DNA of 64,000 nucleotides from an uncultured delta proteobacterium (GCA_963716725.1 CAVQUB010000011.1:465271-529270); one strand, 5' to 3'; counted from the first letter of the stretch, positions 29,029-39,034 are shown. Notes: generated by a model from the sequence alone, not told the origin. Program-made: numbers and translations.

Positions 29029-31382
29029 TCACCGCAGCTCGTTGGTCCACATGCACCGATAGGCGAGGGGCGACGCTGGCAACGAAACCGACGACGAGGT
29101 CCCAAACACGTCCGCAAAGGCCGGGTCGACGCCAGTCCACCGCACGCGCGTCGCTCGAAGCTCGTATCCGCCAGTCGGGCTCGCCAGGTAGAGGCTGAAG
29201 TCGCCGGCCCAAATGAACGTGTTCGAACCGTTGGCGAGGCCCGCGCGGATCGCCTCCATCAAGTCGCGTCCCGACGCGGGGTGCCCGCCGTTCAGCCGAC
29301 AGGTATCGATGGCCGCCTGCAAGGTCGCCGGCGCTCGATTGTTCGCGTCGAACCAGAGCTTTGCGCCGGAGCCGCCGGGGAGCGCGATCTCGGTGCAGCC
29401 TCCCTCGCACGCCGAGGCGGCCGGGCCTGAATAGCCGGTATCAACGGGGTAGTACAGGCAGCGAACTGCCAGCGACGCCGTCTTGGCTTGCGCGTTCAGA
29501 TCAGCGCCGCCGACGTAGGCGGGGGTCGACACGCCTGTCCAACGCAGTACCGAAGCCGTCGCCGATGTCAGCACCGCCGTGCTGCTGTCCGCGCCCCACA
29601 GCCAGGCGTTCGTGCCGCCGGGCAGGCCGCGCCCGACGAGCTCAGCGAGCTCCGCCGTCGTCGGCACGTGGCCTCCCTTGGCAAAACACGCGCTCGCGGC
29701 CGCCGCCCAACCGAGCACCGCGCTGTCCTTGGTCTCGCTCTTCGCGCCGCCGCCGGGGGGATCCACTCGTCCGCGATGGTGCTCGGGTGAGTGCCGCTTT
29801 GACTCGAACCGACACAGCGGAAAGGCCGGAGACTCGTGGTCGTGCTGGAGGTGATCCCGCTGGCAAGATCGAAGGTCTTCGGATCTTGCCAGCGCAGGAT
29901 GAGATCCGAGTCGTTCCGGGTGTCGTCCGCCGTATGAAGGTAGACGTTGCTGCCGGTGCTCACGCCCTGCCCGATGCCTTGGACCAGCCGCGCTGGCGTC
30001 GCCAGGTGCCCTCGGTAGAACGCGCACTCCCAGATCGCCGAGCCCTTGGGCAGGGGCGGCCGATCCGAGATGTCGATGTTGTGTTTCTTGCTCTCGGTGT
30101 CGAGGCTGAGGCAGCCCTGCGCGGCAGGGCCGTAGCAGGCCTTGCCCGTGAAGCTCGCCGGCAGCGGTGGTGGGCACACGCAGCGGTAGTTGAGGCTCGC
30201 GGTCGCCGCGCCGGTGGCTGTGCTCCCGCTGCTGAGGCGCACCCGGATCTGATCTCCGACGCCGTTGGGCGTGACCGACCAGAGGTAGTTGGTGTGGGTG
30301 GTCTGCCCAACGGTCGCCGATTGGGTCGCCCCGACCCGGTACAGCTCGCTCGCCGTCGGCAACCGCCCGCCGAGTCCCGTGCACACTTGAGCCGCTGGAG
30401 CGTAGGCGGCCGCTGCGCGCTCGAGGCCGTCCCACGAATACCCCCACGGGTCGGTGATGGCTTGGTTCAGCTGGGTCTTGCAGGCAATGACGCACTTGCC
30501 CGCGCTGCACTCCTGCGTGCTGGTGCACGCCGTCCCGCAGGCGCCGCAGTTGGCGCTGTCAGAGTCGAGACTCACGCACGAGCCGCTGCAGTTGGTCTCT
30601 CCAGTCGCGCAGCTCAGCGAGCACTTGCCAGCGCTGCACACTTCGTTTCCGACGCAGGCGTTGCCGCACGCCCCGCAGTTCTGGCCGTCGGTATCGAGGC
30701 TCTTGCAGAGGCCGGAGCATTCGATCTGCCCGCCGGGGCACGCGATCTTACACTGGCCCGCGCTACAGGCTTCACCCGCTTTGCAGGCCACGCCGCAGCC
30801 GCCACAGTGGTTCTGGTTCGTCTGCGTGTCGACGCAGGCGCCCGAGCACTCGACTTGACTGCCCGTGCAGCTCACCTCGCAACTGCCCGCCTTGCAGGCC
30901 TGCCCCGTCGGACAGTTGTTGCCGCACTTGCCGCAGTGTTGGTCGTCGACCTGGAGCTCGACGCACGACGATCCGCAGGCCGTCTGACCCGGAAAGCAAG
31001 TCAGGTTACAGGTGCCGTTGCCGCAAATCTCGCCCTTGTTGCACACGCTCGCGCAGTCGCCACAGTGAAGCGGATCCTTGCTCACGTCGACGCAGGCGGA
31101 GTCACAGTTGGTCTTGCCCGCGGAGCAATCATCGGCACAGGCGCCGAGGTCGCAGACCTGGCTGCTACCGCAGGCGGCGGAACAGGCCCCGCAGTGAGCG
31201 GGGTTCGAGCGCGTGTCCACGCAGTCCTCGCCGCAGCGATCGAGGCCCGCCGAACACGCCGCGGCGCCCCCGCCACCCTGGTCGAAGTGGTCGAGATCGG
31301 AGCCGAGCACCGAGCACGCCGCGCCCCACAGCAAGCACAACCCCACGCCGATGCGGGCGACAATCGCGGCTCGCGACTTCAT
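29029..31382 (-). CDS. Lipoprotein with six MXAN_6577/STIG1-like Cys repeats and four C-type-lectin/DUF1566-like modules; frameshift in G run 29755-29760
   Basis: CVDx3(D/N)xxHCGxC repeats; modules A-x3-C-x3-GGRLPTxxEL...YRC; frame switch at homopolymer. Confidence 0.75.
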
Positions 31383-33229
31383 TTGCTGGGCTGCCCCATG
31401 CGCAGCGGGCCGCCGCGCGCGGTCGGCCAGAGCAGGCACTTGGTGCCCGAGCCGGGGATCTTGAACACGTCCATCCCGTGCTCGAAGGTCTGCACGAAGA
31501 CCTCCAGCGCCCCGTCGCCATCCAAATCGCCGACCGCCGGCGCCGCCGGGGCGCCATTGCCGTTGCCGTTCTGACCGGGGTTGGGCAGCGGCACGTCGAA
31601 GAGCAGCTTGCCGTCCTGCGCCAAGATGACCAGGTGTCCCGAGTCCTTGACGTTGGGATCCCCGAAGGTCGAGAACAACACCTCGGGGGAGCCGTCTTGG
31701 TTCAGATCCGCGACGATGGGCTCGGAAGCAAACATGATCGTCTTGCCGAACATGTAGTTGAACTTCCAGAGCTGCTTTCCGCCCGCGTCGAACGCATACA
31801 TATGGCCGTCGTTCAGCGAGGCGATGACCTCGGGTTTGCTGTCGCCCTGGAGATCGATGGTGGCGGGCGCCGGCACGCCGCCGGGCGGGTAGTACCCGCT
31901 CACGGCAATCGGCTTGCCGCCCCGGGGCAGAGTCTCCCAACCCGCCTTGCGCATGCCCGACCGGCTGCCGTCACCGTGATTGCCTTCGAGGGCCATGACG
32001 GCGTAGGCCTGGGTCTCGTAGGGCTCGTTCTTCTCCACATTCGGAACGCCCACGACCTCGTTCTTCCCGTCCTGATCGAGGTCGACGACGTTCGGCGGCG
32101 ACGCCGTCCACTGGAGCCATTCGGCCCAGCTGGGGTGCGGCCAGGTTCCGGTGTGGTCGTGATAGTGATCCGACTCGACCTTCGGATCGGTCCAGCGGAT
32201 GAACTGGCCCCAGGTCAGGCGCTGCCCCGAGAATTTGCTGTCGCGATTCTTGAACCAGGGCGACGAATCGATGGCCACGCCATCGTGGTCGAAGGCCTGG
32301 ATGTGGTGGTTGTCGTAGGTCGCGAGGATCTCCAGCTGTGGATCATCGTCGATGTTGCCGATGCCGACGTTCAGGCCATAACAACCGTAGCCGCTGTGGC
32401 CCATCCCGTTGCGATCGGCGTCGTTCCCGGTCCCGGTCTTGCTGTTGTAGCGCGGCCAGGCCTGCCAGGAGATGCCCGCGGGTTGGTAGAGCTTGCCGTT
32501 GGCGGAATAGACGAAGACCTGCGCACCGCCGTTCTTGGTGCTCGCCGTTTGGGTGGTGGTCGCGACCACCTCGATCTTGCCGTCGCCGTTCAGATCCGCC
32601 GCCGCCAGCCCGCGAACCTCCGGCGCGTTGCCCGCCGTGGTCGTATCGACCGGCCAGCCCGCCTTCAGGCTCAGCTTCCCGGCCTTCCACTCGTAGGCGA
32701 TCACCTGCTTCGAGTTGCCCACGACGATCTCGGTCACCCCGTCAGCATCGAGATCCGCGACCACGTGCGGCGCGTACACACGACCGCCGCCGTCCTTGGC
32801 GCTCGAGAGCAGCACTCCCTGACTGTCGTACACAAAGACCGAGTAGTAGGCCGCGACGAGCTCGTTCTTTCCGTCTTTGTCCAGATCGACGACCAGCGGC
32901 GAGGCGAACCAGCTGGTCTCACCCTTGATGTTCTTCCACAGCGTCGGGGCTTGCACCGGACCCGTGCTGGCGCCGGTCTCGCAGGTGGGGTTGGTGGCGC
33001 CTCCGGTGTTGCCGGTGCCGCCGCCTCCCGAGTTTCCGCTGCCGCCCCCGCCGCTGTTGCCGCTGCCACCGCTGCCACCGCTGTTGCCGCCGGCGCCGCT
33101 GGCGTTGCCGCTGCCGCCGGTCCCGCTACCGCCGGTGCCCGGCGTTCCCTCCGAGTCGTCACCACCGCAACCGGCGAGCGCGCTTCCGCCGAGCAAGAGA
33201 GTCAAGCCGAGACAGGTTCGAAGCTTCAT
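31379..33229 (-). CDS. FG-GAP/VCBS repeat beta-propeller lipoprotein
   Basis: Lipobox LAGC, Gly-rich linker, many DLDxDGxxE loops. Confidence 0.88.
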   Translation of the reverse strand: MKLRTCLGLTLLLGGSALAGCGGDDSEGTPGTGGSGTGGSGNASGAGGNSGGSGGSGNSGGGGSGNSGGGGTGNTGGATNPTCETGASTGPVQAPTLWKNIKGETSWFASPLVVDLDKDGKNELVAAYYSVFVYDSQGVLLSSAKDGGGRVYAPHVVADLDADGVTEIVVGNSKQVIAYEWKAGKLSLKAGWPVDTTTAGNAPEVRGLAAADLNGDGKIEVVATTTQTASTKNGGAQVFVYSANGKLYQPAGISWQAWPRYNSKTGTGNDADRNGMGHSGYGCYGLNVGIGNIDDDPQLEILATYDNHHIQAFDHDGVAIDSSPWFKNRDSKFSGQRLTWGQFIRWTDPKVESDHYHDHTGTWPHPSWAEWLQWTASPPNVVDLDQDGKNEVVGVPNVEKNEPYETQAYAVMALEGNHGDGSRSGMRKAGWETLPRGGKPIAVSGYYPPGGVPAPATIDLQGDSKPEVIASLNDGHMYAFDAGGKQLWKFNYMFGKTIMFASEPIVADLNQDGSPEVLFSTFGDPNVKDSGHLVILAQDGKLLFDVPLPNPGQNGNGNGAPAAPAVGDLDGDGALEVFVQTFEHGMDVFKIPGSGTKCLLWPTARGGPLRMGQPSK

Positions 33230-33254
33230 GGGTTCCCTCACTCTGAGCTGAGTC

Positions 33255-34088
33255 TCACTTCGGCGGTTGACCGCAGTTGGTGAACTCCAGGTTGGTGTCG
33301 ATACGAAAGTGGGACGCGTCGGTGTGGCGCTCGGCTTGGAACACGTCGAGCGCATAGGTCTTGCCCTTCTCGATGCCGAGTTCGGAGGCCTTGGCGTCGA
33401 GGTCCACGCTGCCGTTCTGCGACGGATGAACGCCGCCGAGGTCTATGGCGAGCTTGCCGTTGATGAACGTCCAGAGGTCGTCGTCACCGGTGAAGGTGAA
33501 CACCTCCCCTCCCTTGTATATGAACTCGGTGTGCAGCTCGAAGGTAAAGTGGAAGTTGTGCGGGTTGCCCTCGTCGCCAAAGCCCTGGCCGTCGATGGGG
33601 AAGAACGCGCCGTTGTCGTAGGTGTAGACGTTTCCGTTCTTGGTCAGGGAAAACGAGAAGGCAGAGGGCTGGTTGGTACCGGCAACGTCGCGGTACCACT
33701 GGTCGAAGTTCGCCTTGGTGGAGGTGAACTGGTGCGGGCTGTCGACGTAGACCGGCTTGCTGTCCGCGCCGAGCGCCGCGGCGACGATGCCTTTCTCGCC
33801 GTTCCCGGTGAAGGACTCGAAGTCGGGGTGGCTCTTCTGGAAGTCCCGAACCGTTCCGACCAGCAGGAGCCCGCAGCCGGCTCCGCCGCCGCTACCGCTC
33901 GCCGCCGAGCCGCCGTCACCGCTGGTTCCGCCCAGGTTGATGCCTCCGCTTCCGCCGCCCGCGGCGCTTCCGCCGGAACCGCCGTTGCCGACGGCTCCGC
34001 CCGAGCCACCGGCGGTCTTTCCGTCGTCATCGCCCCCGCAACCCACCAGAGCCCCGAACGCTAGGGCTACCAACCAGAAAGGACGCAT
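33255..34088 (-). CDS. Fibro-slime (PA14-like) domain lipoprotein
   Basis: RDFQKSHPDFE, FFPIDG, HNFHFTFELH, FTGDDDLWTFINGKLAIDLGGVH, FQAERH. Confidence 0.9.
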   Translation of the reverse strand: MRPFWLVALAFGALVGCGGDDDGKTAGGSGGAVGNGGSGGSAAGGGSGGINLGGTSGDGGSAASGSGGGAGCGLLLVGTVRDFQKSHPDFESFTGNGEKGIVAAALGADSKPVYVDSPHQFTSTKANFDQWYRDVAGTNQPSAFSFSLTKNGNVYTYDNGAFFPIDGQGFGDEGNPHNFHFTFELHTEFIYKGGEVFTFTGDDDLWTFINGKLAIDLGGVHPSQNGSVDLDAKASELGIEKGKTYALDVFQAERHTDASHFRIDTNLEFTNCGQPPK

Positions 34089-34211
34089 TCGAGCCTCCAC
34101 GACGTGAAGTGTTGCCGGACGATTGAACCACGCGGGCGCCGAGGGGGCAAACGCCTACACGGATGGGGCCGGCGGGCGCCCGGGCACGCACACTGGCACA
34201 ATGCCCGCAGC

Positions 34212-34811
34212 ATGTTGCTCAACCGCGTCGAGACAGCGCTGATGAATAACCCGCTGCGCGGCTTCGTGCAGCGTTACTACGAGGCCAGGAAGCTCCAGCG
34301 CCTCGGCGGCCGGGCCTTGGGGCAGCACGTGCTCGAGGTCGGCTGCGGGCGCGGCGTGGGGGTCGAGATCTTGATCGACGAGTTCGGCGCGAATCGGGTG
34401 GACGCGTTCGACCTCGACCCGCGCATGGTCGATCTGGCGCGGCGGCGGCTCGCAGCGCGCGGCGATCGCGTGAAGCTCTGGCAGGGCAGCGTGACCGATA
34501 TCCGCGCCGCGGACGCCAGCTACGACGCCGTGTTCGACTTCGGGATCATTCACCACGTGCCCGCTTGGCGCGACGCGCTCGCGGAGATCTTCCGAGTGCT
34601 GCGCCCCGGCGGCCGCTTCTTCGCAGAAGAGGTGCTCGCGAAGTTCATCGCTCACCCGCTCTGGCGCCGGCTGCTCGATCACCCGCAGCTCGACCGCTTC
34701 GACCGGGGATCGTTCGCCCGTGCGCTCGCCGGCGTGGGCTTCGAGGTGCGCGTGAGCGAGGAACTGTGGGGCGACCTCGCCTGGTTTGTGGCGGACAAAC
34801 CCGAGAGCTGA
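34212..34811 (+). CDS. Class I SAM-dependent methyltransferase
   Basis: VLEVGCGRG, YDAVF, IHHV, RVLRPGG. Confidence 0.9.
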   Translation: MLLNRVETALMNNPLRGFVQRYYEARKLQRLGGRALGQHVLEVGCGRGVGVEILIDEFGANRVDAFDLDPRMVDLARRRLAARGDRVKLWQGSVTDIRAADASYDAVFDFGIIHHVPAWRDALAEIFRVLRPGGRFFAEEVLAKFIAHPLWRRLLDHPQLDRFDRGSFARALAGVGFEVRVSEELWGDLAWFVADKPES

Positions 34812-34909
34812 GAGGCCCTCGGAGCCTTCGGGGAAGATGCCCCCGGGGAGGGTCGTAGGAGGGGCGCTGCTGGACCTGGGGCGGGGCCCTGGCGGCGGAG
34901 AATCACGTC

Positions 34910-36232
34910 ATGCAACTCGTTCGAATCATTTCGGTCTTGGGCGCACTCACGCTGACACTGGCCTGCGGCGGCTCCGGCGGCGGCGGGGGGATCCTGCCCG
35001 ACGACGGCGGCGCGGGAACAGGGAACAGCTCGAGCTCCGGTGGAAGCGGCAACAGCGGGGGTTTTGGCAACACCGGAAACACGGGGGGCGTCGCCGGCCA
35101 GGCGGGCACGCCCGGGACCGGCGGAGTGGCGGGCAGTGGCAGCGGCGGGTTCGGTGGCGAAGCGGGCTCGAGTTCCGGCGGCTCGAGTTCCGGCGGCTCG
35201 GGAGGCGCCAGCGCGTGCAAGATGGGCGGCTCCGCGTGCCAGACCTACTCGGACTGCTGCAGCGGCACCTGCGCCAACAACGTCTGCACGTCCTGCAGCG
35301 CGAAGGGCCAGACGTGCGACGGCGAGGGGGGCTGTTGCGGCGGGCTGCTCTGCTACCAGGGCAAGTGCCTGGACTGCAAGCCGGACTATTCGTCCTGCAC
35401 CTACGCAGCGGACTGCTGCTCGGGCATCTGCGATCAGGGAACCTGCAAAGCCTGCAAGACCCCGGGTAGCTCGTGCTCCACCGCGAGCCAGTGCTGCTCG
35501 GGTCTGAGCTGCGAGAGCGGCAAGTGCTGCAACTCCGCGGGCAAGACCTGCACGTACTCCAGCGAGTGCTGCGGTGGGCTCGAATGCAACGGCGGAACCT
35601 GCGCCAAGCCCTGCGCCGGATCGGGTTCGACCTGCGCTTCGAGCGGCGACTGCTGCAGCGGATACCAGTGCCTCAGCGGCAAGTGCGGGACCTGCAAGAC
35701 CAGCGGCCTCTCCTGCAGCTCGAGCACCGATTGCTGCACCGGCCTCTCGTGCAACAGCGGCGTGTGTGGAACGGCGTGCAAGACCAGCGGCCTCTCCTGC
35801 AGCTCGAGCACCGACTGCTGCACCGGCCTCACCTGCTCCAGCGGCACCTGCAAGGCTGCCTGCAAGACCAGTGGCGTCTCCTGCACCTACAGCTCCGACT
35901 GCTGCACCGGCCTCACCTGCTCCAGCGGCACCTGCAAGGCTGCCTGCAAGACCAGCGGCCTCTCCTGCACCTACAGCTCCGACTGCTGCACCGGCCTCAC
36001 CTGCTCCGGAGGAACCTGCAAGACGGCCTGCAAGGCCAGCGGCCTCTCCTGCGCCTACAGCTCCGACTGCTGCACCGGCCTCACCTGCTCCGGAGGAACC
36101 TGCAAGACCAGCACGACCGCGGGCAGCTGCAACGGCTATTGCGGCGGCAAGTCCAACGGCAGCTGCTACTGCGACACGCAGTGCACCAGTTCCGGCGACT
36201 GCTGCCCCGACAAGACGACCTACTGCGGCTGA
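34910..36232 (+). CDS. Cys-rich lipoprotein with 11 knottin-like units and C-terminal somatomedin-B-like domain
   Basis: Lipobox TLAC; C-x6-C-x5-CC-x3/4-C-x4-C eleven times; ends SCNGYCG...CYCDTQCTSSGDCCPD-x4-C. Confidence 0.85.
   Translation: MQLVRIISVLGALTLTLACGGSGGGGGILPDDGGAGTGNSSSSGGSGNSGGFGNTGNTGGVAGQAGTPGTGGVAGSGSGGFGGEAGSSSGGSSSGGSGGASACKMGGSACQTYSDCCSGTCANNVCTSCSAKGQTCDGEGGCCGGLLCYQGKCLDCKPDYSSCTYAADCCSGICDQGTCKACKTPGSSCSTASQCCSGLSCESGKCCNSAGKTCTYSSECCGGLECNGGTCAKPCAGSGSTCASSGDCCSGYQCLSGKCGTCKTSGLSCSSSTDCCTGLSCNSGVCGTACKTSGLSCSSSTDCCTGLTCSSGTCKAACKTSGVSCTYSSDCCTGLTCSSGTCKAACKTSGLSCTYSSDCCTGLTCSGGTCKTACKASGLSCAYSSDCCTGLTCSGGTCKTSTTAGSCNGYCGGKSNGSCYCDTQCTSSGDCCPDKTTYCG
35693..36110. 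repeat. 84-bp near-identical tandem repeat, 5 copies
   Basis: tgcaag(a/g)ccag..ctcctgc... starts at 35693, 35777, 35861, 35945, 36029. Confidence 0.92.
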
Positions 36233-36361
36233 ACCGAGCATCGACTCGATCCGACCGGCAGCGCTCCCCCGCGCCGCCGGTCGCGCCCATTTGGAGCGAC
36301 CGAACGCGTCCGGCCGGATCGCCCCCGGCGGCTCGCGCCCAGAACGCCCCCCGGTCCCCGC

Positions 36362-36378
36362 TTGGCGCGCGCCGTGCA
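36362..36378 (+). promoter_or_regulatory. Putative sigma-54 (-24/-12) promoter of the SPFH gene
   Basis: TTGGCGCGCGCCGTGCA has GG-N10-GC spacing, followed by AGGAGG and ATG at 36404. Confidence 0.5.
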
Positions 36379-36403
36379 ACCTGCCCCGGGCAGGAGGCAC
36401 ACG

Positions 36404-37723
36404 ATGCGACGAGCAGAAATCCAGCTGAGCCAGGTCCCCACCGAAGGCGCCGGGTGGCGCCAAGGTCGACCGGTGGAAGATCCCGAGAAGACCAAGCGCT
36501 GGGGCTTCGTCACGGCCAAGCCCAGCGAGTACCTGGTGCACGTGCGCCGGGGCGAGGTGCGCCGGGCGAGCTCCGGTCAAGGCGCGACCTGCTTCAAGTG
36601 GCCCTGGGACGCGGTGGCCGTCGTGCCGACGTCGTTCCAGCGGCTGGTGTTCCGCGCCGACCAGGTCACCCGAGAGAAGGTCGGCGTCGAGATCGTGGGG
36701 CTCGCGGTCTACCGCATCGCGGAGCCGCTGATCGCCTACCGAGTGCTCAACTTCAGCTTCCCGGAGCGGGCGCAGCTGAAGCTCGAAGAAGCCTTGACGG
36801 GCATGTTCGTCGGCGCGACGCGGCGCCTGGTGGCGAACCTGAGCGTCGAGGACTGCATGCAGAAGCAAAAGAGCGCGCTGGCCCAGGAGCTCTTGCGGGA
36901 GGTGTCGCCGGTGGTCGGCGGCGAAGGAGCGCTCGATGACTTCACCACCAAGGGCTGGGGCATCGTCATCGACACCATCGAAATTCAAGAAGTGCGGGTG
37001 CTCTCGGAGTCGGTCTTCGCGGCCATGCAGGCGCCCTACCGAGCCGAGCTCGAACGCAGCGCGCGGCAAGCGAGGGCGCAGGCTGAGAAGGACATCGCGA
37101 CGCGCGAGGCAGATCTCTCGCGCGAGATCGAGGAGTCTAGGATCCAGAACGAGCTCGTCGTCCGAGAGCGAAAGGAGGAGCTGGAACGTGCGGCCGCGGA
37201 GGCGGTGAAGGCTCGCGCGCTCCGGGACGCGGAGACCGCTCGCGAGATCGAAGAGGCCAAGCTGGCCGGGAGCGCGCGGTTGCGGGAGCAGGGCGCCGAG
37301 TTCGCGCGACGCGAGGCCGAGGCGCAGACGCGCGATGCCATCCTCGAGCACGAGCGCCGGGTGCAAGAGGCCCGAGCCGAGCTCGAAGCCCACGAGATCC
37401 GCGCGCAGGCCCTGATCAAGCGCGCCGAGCTGGCCCGTGTCGAGGTGAGCACCGACGTCGAGCGACGCACGGCGCTGGCGGAGGTGAAGCGCGTGGAGGA
37501 CAGCTCCGAGGCCGAGGGCGATCTGGCTCGGGCCCGCATCGAACGCGAACGCGCCGAAGCCCGCGCGCGGGTGATCGGTGCGGAGAATCTGCCCAAGCTT
37601 GCCGCCGCAGTCGGCCAGAAGTTCGGCGAGGTGAAGATCACGCACTTCGGCGCCACGGAGAGCCCCTTCGGGAGCATCGCGCAGGCGGTGGCCAGCGTGA
37701 TCGACCTCGCGAAGAGCGCATGA
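36404..37723 (+). CDS. SPFH/band-7 (flotillin-like) protein
   Basis: N-terminal SPFH domain (QVTREKVGVEIVGLAVYRI, WGIVIDTIEIQEV) and long Ala/Glu/Arg coiled coil. Confidence 0.85.
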   Translation: MRRAEIQLSQVPTEGAGWRQGRPVEDPEKTKRWGFVTAKPSEYLVHVRRGEVRRASSGQGATCFKWPWDAVAVVPTSFQRLVFRADQVTREKVGVEIVGLAVYRIAEPLIAYRVLNFSFPERAQLKLEEALTGMFVGATRRLVANLSVEDCMQKQKSALAQELLREVSPVVGGEGALDDFTTKGWGIVIDTIEIQEVRVLSESVFAAMQAPYRAELERSARQARAQAEKDIATREADLSREIEESRIQNELVVRERKEELERAAAEAVKARALRDAETAREIEEAKLAGSARLREQGAEFARREAEAQTRDAILEHERRVQEARAELEAHEIRAQALIKRAELARVEVSTDVERRTALAEVKRVEDSSEAEGDLARARIERERAEARARVIGAENLPKLAAAVGQKFGEVKITHFGATESPFGSIAQAVASVIDLAKSA

Positions 37724-37763
37724 GAAGGCGCTGGCGAAACCTCGCCGGCGGGCGCGCCCGGTG

Positions 37764-38369
37764 TCACTTCATTTTGACGCCTAGCTTGCTGTGGCAGCTA
37801 GCGCAGGTCGCGAGGAACGCTCCGTAGGTCTTGCCTCGGTCCGCCATCTTGGCCGTCCGGGCCTTGTTGGCCAGGTCGTGGACGTGCTTGGCAAGGGTCA
37901 CGACTTCTTTGGGGACGCTCTTTTCTCCAGCGACGGCGCGTTCGCCAAGGGCGGCATCGGCGAGTGCTTCCGAGCCCTTCACCCAGGCATCTTCGTTGGG
38001 CGCCATCAGGCCCTCCCACATGCGGTCGGCGGCCCACTGGTGGCGAAGCATGTGAGGCTGCGCGCCCGATCCTTCTGCCGGAGGCGCGCTCACGGCGACC
38101 TTGGGTGAGCCGAGCTGCTCGTGACAGGTCGCACATGCGCGCCCCATGCTCCCGAGGGCGAGGCCCGCTCGGTCCAGATCCGCCGCGTCGCGCCCGGCAT
38201 GGGCGGAGTCTTTCATTCCCTCGACGTGTTGCTTCCAGCTCACCGGAGGGTCTGCGCTGATTTCGTGCTCGGCGAGCCAAACGCTGGCCTTCTTGAACTC
38301 TTCCAGGTCGCCTCGGATCAGCGCGGAGGCGCCGACGCGGGGATATCTGGCCAGCTTGGACCGCCCGCT
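37764..38369 (-). pseudogene. Di-heme cytochrome c'-like protein lacking an N-terminal signal peptide (5'-truncated)
   Basis: CATCH and CASCH motifs; frame open upstream (ALIRGDLEEFKKASVWLAEH) up to TAA at 38370-38372 with no start or signal peptide. Confidence 0.6.
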
Positions 38370-38374
38370 TTAGC

Positions 38375-39034
38375 CTAGCTCCGGCTCCGAGCGAGCTTCA
38401 CTTTCAGCGCTTCGAGCCGGGCTTTGGCGTCTCGCACGGCGACGCCCGCGGCGTGCGTCTCGGCGCGACACGCGTTGAGCGCCATGTCGATCTCGGCCAT
38501 CTGAGTGATGGTCCGCTGGCCGCTGGCCTGCGCTTCGGCTTCCCTCCGCGCAAGGCCCCGCAGGGCCGTCGCGTGGGCCTCTTCGGCCCGGCTCAGGACC
38601 TGGGACTCGTCTGCAACGCGCTGGGCGTAGAACGCGGCGGCCTCCTCCCGCGAGAACGAGAGCAAGACGTCGATCTCCGCGCTGAGCTCGACTGCCAGGG
38701 CATTCAGGCGCTCGACGTAGGTCTCACGGTCGTACTCCACGAGCTCGGCTTGAAGCTGAACGGATTGCAGCTCGGACTGCATGCGGGCGTGCTCGATCTG
38801 GGCCCGGGTCGAGACCGTGGCCGAGTCGAGCTGCGCCTGGTGTTGGGCTTTCAGCGCCGCAAGCTGCGCCGTGTGACGCTCCCGGAGCACATCGATCTCG
38901 TTCTCGAGCGCGCTCTGTTCTAGCTCCGCTCGCCGCGGCTCCCCCAACGCGTCGTCTGCCGGGCGTTCGGCCAGCGCAGCCTCGAGCGCGGCGATTTTCG
39001 CCAGGGCGGCCTGGAGGGGATCTCGAGCGCTCAC
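38375..39034 (-). CDS. Hypothetical coiled-coil protein
   Basis: 219-aa Ala/Glu/Gln/Leu-rich ORF filling the gap. Confidence 0.55.
   Translation of the reverse strand: MSARDPLQAALAKIAALEAALAERPADDALGEPRRAELEQSALENEIDVLRERHTAQLAALKAQHQAQLDSATVSTRAQIEHARMQSELQSVQLQAELVEYDRETYVERLNALAVELSAEIDVLLSFSREEAAAFYAQRVADESQVLSRAEEAHATALRGLARREAEAQASGQRTITQMAEIDMALNACRAETHAAGVAVRDAKARLEALKVKLARSRS

Noticed and set aside
29029..31382. C-type-lectin-fold protein as a diversity-generating retroelement target
   Set aside because: No reverse transcriptase and no template/variable repeat pair differing at adenines seen in the window
35693..36110. Regular repeats as a possible CRISPR array
   Set aside because: In-frame coding repeats without unique spacers; no cas genes in the window
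34679..37645. 988-aa minus-strand ORF and similar long antisense ORFs across the window
   Set aside because: Antisense to well-supported genes, with no motifs of their own
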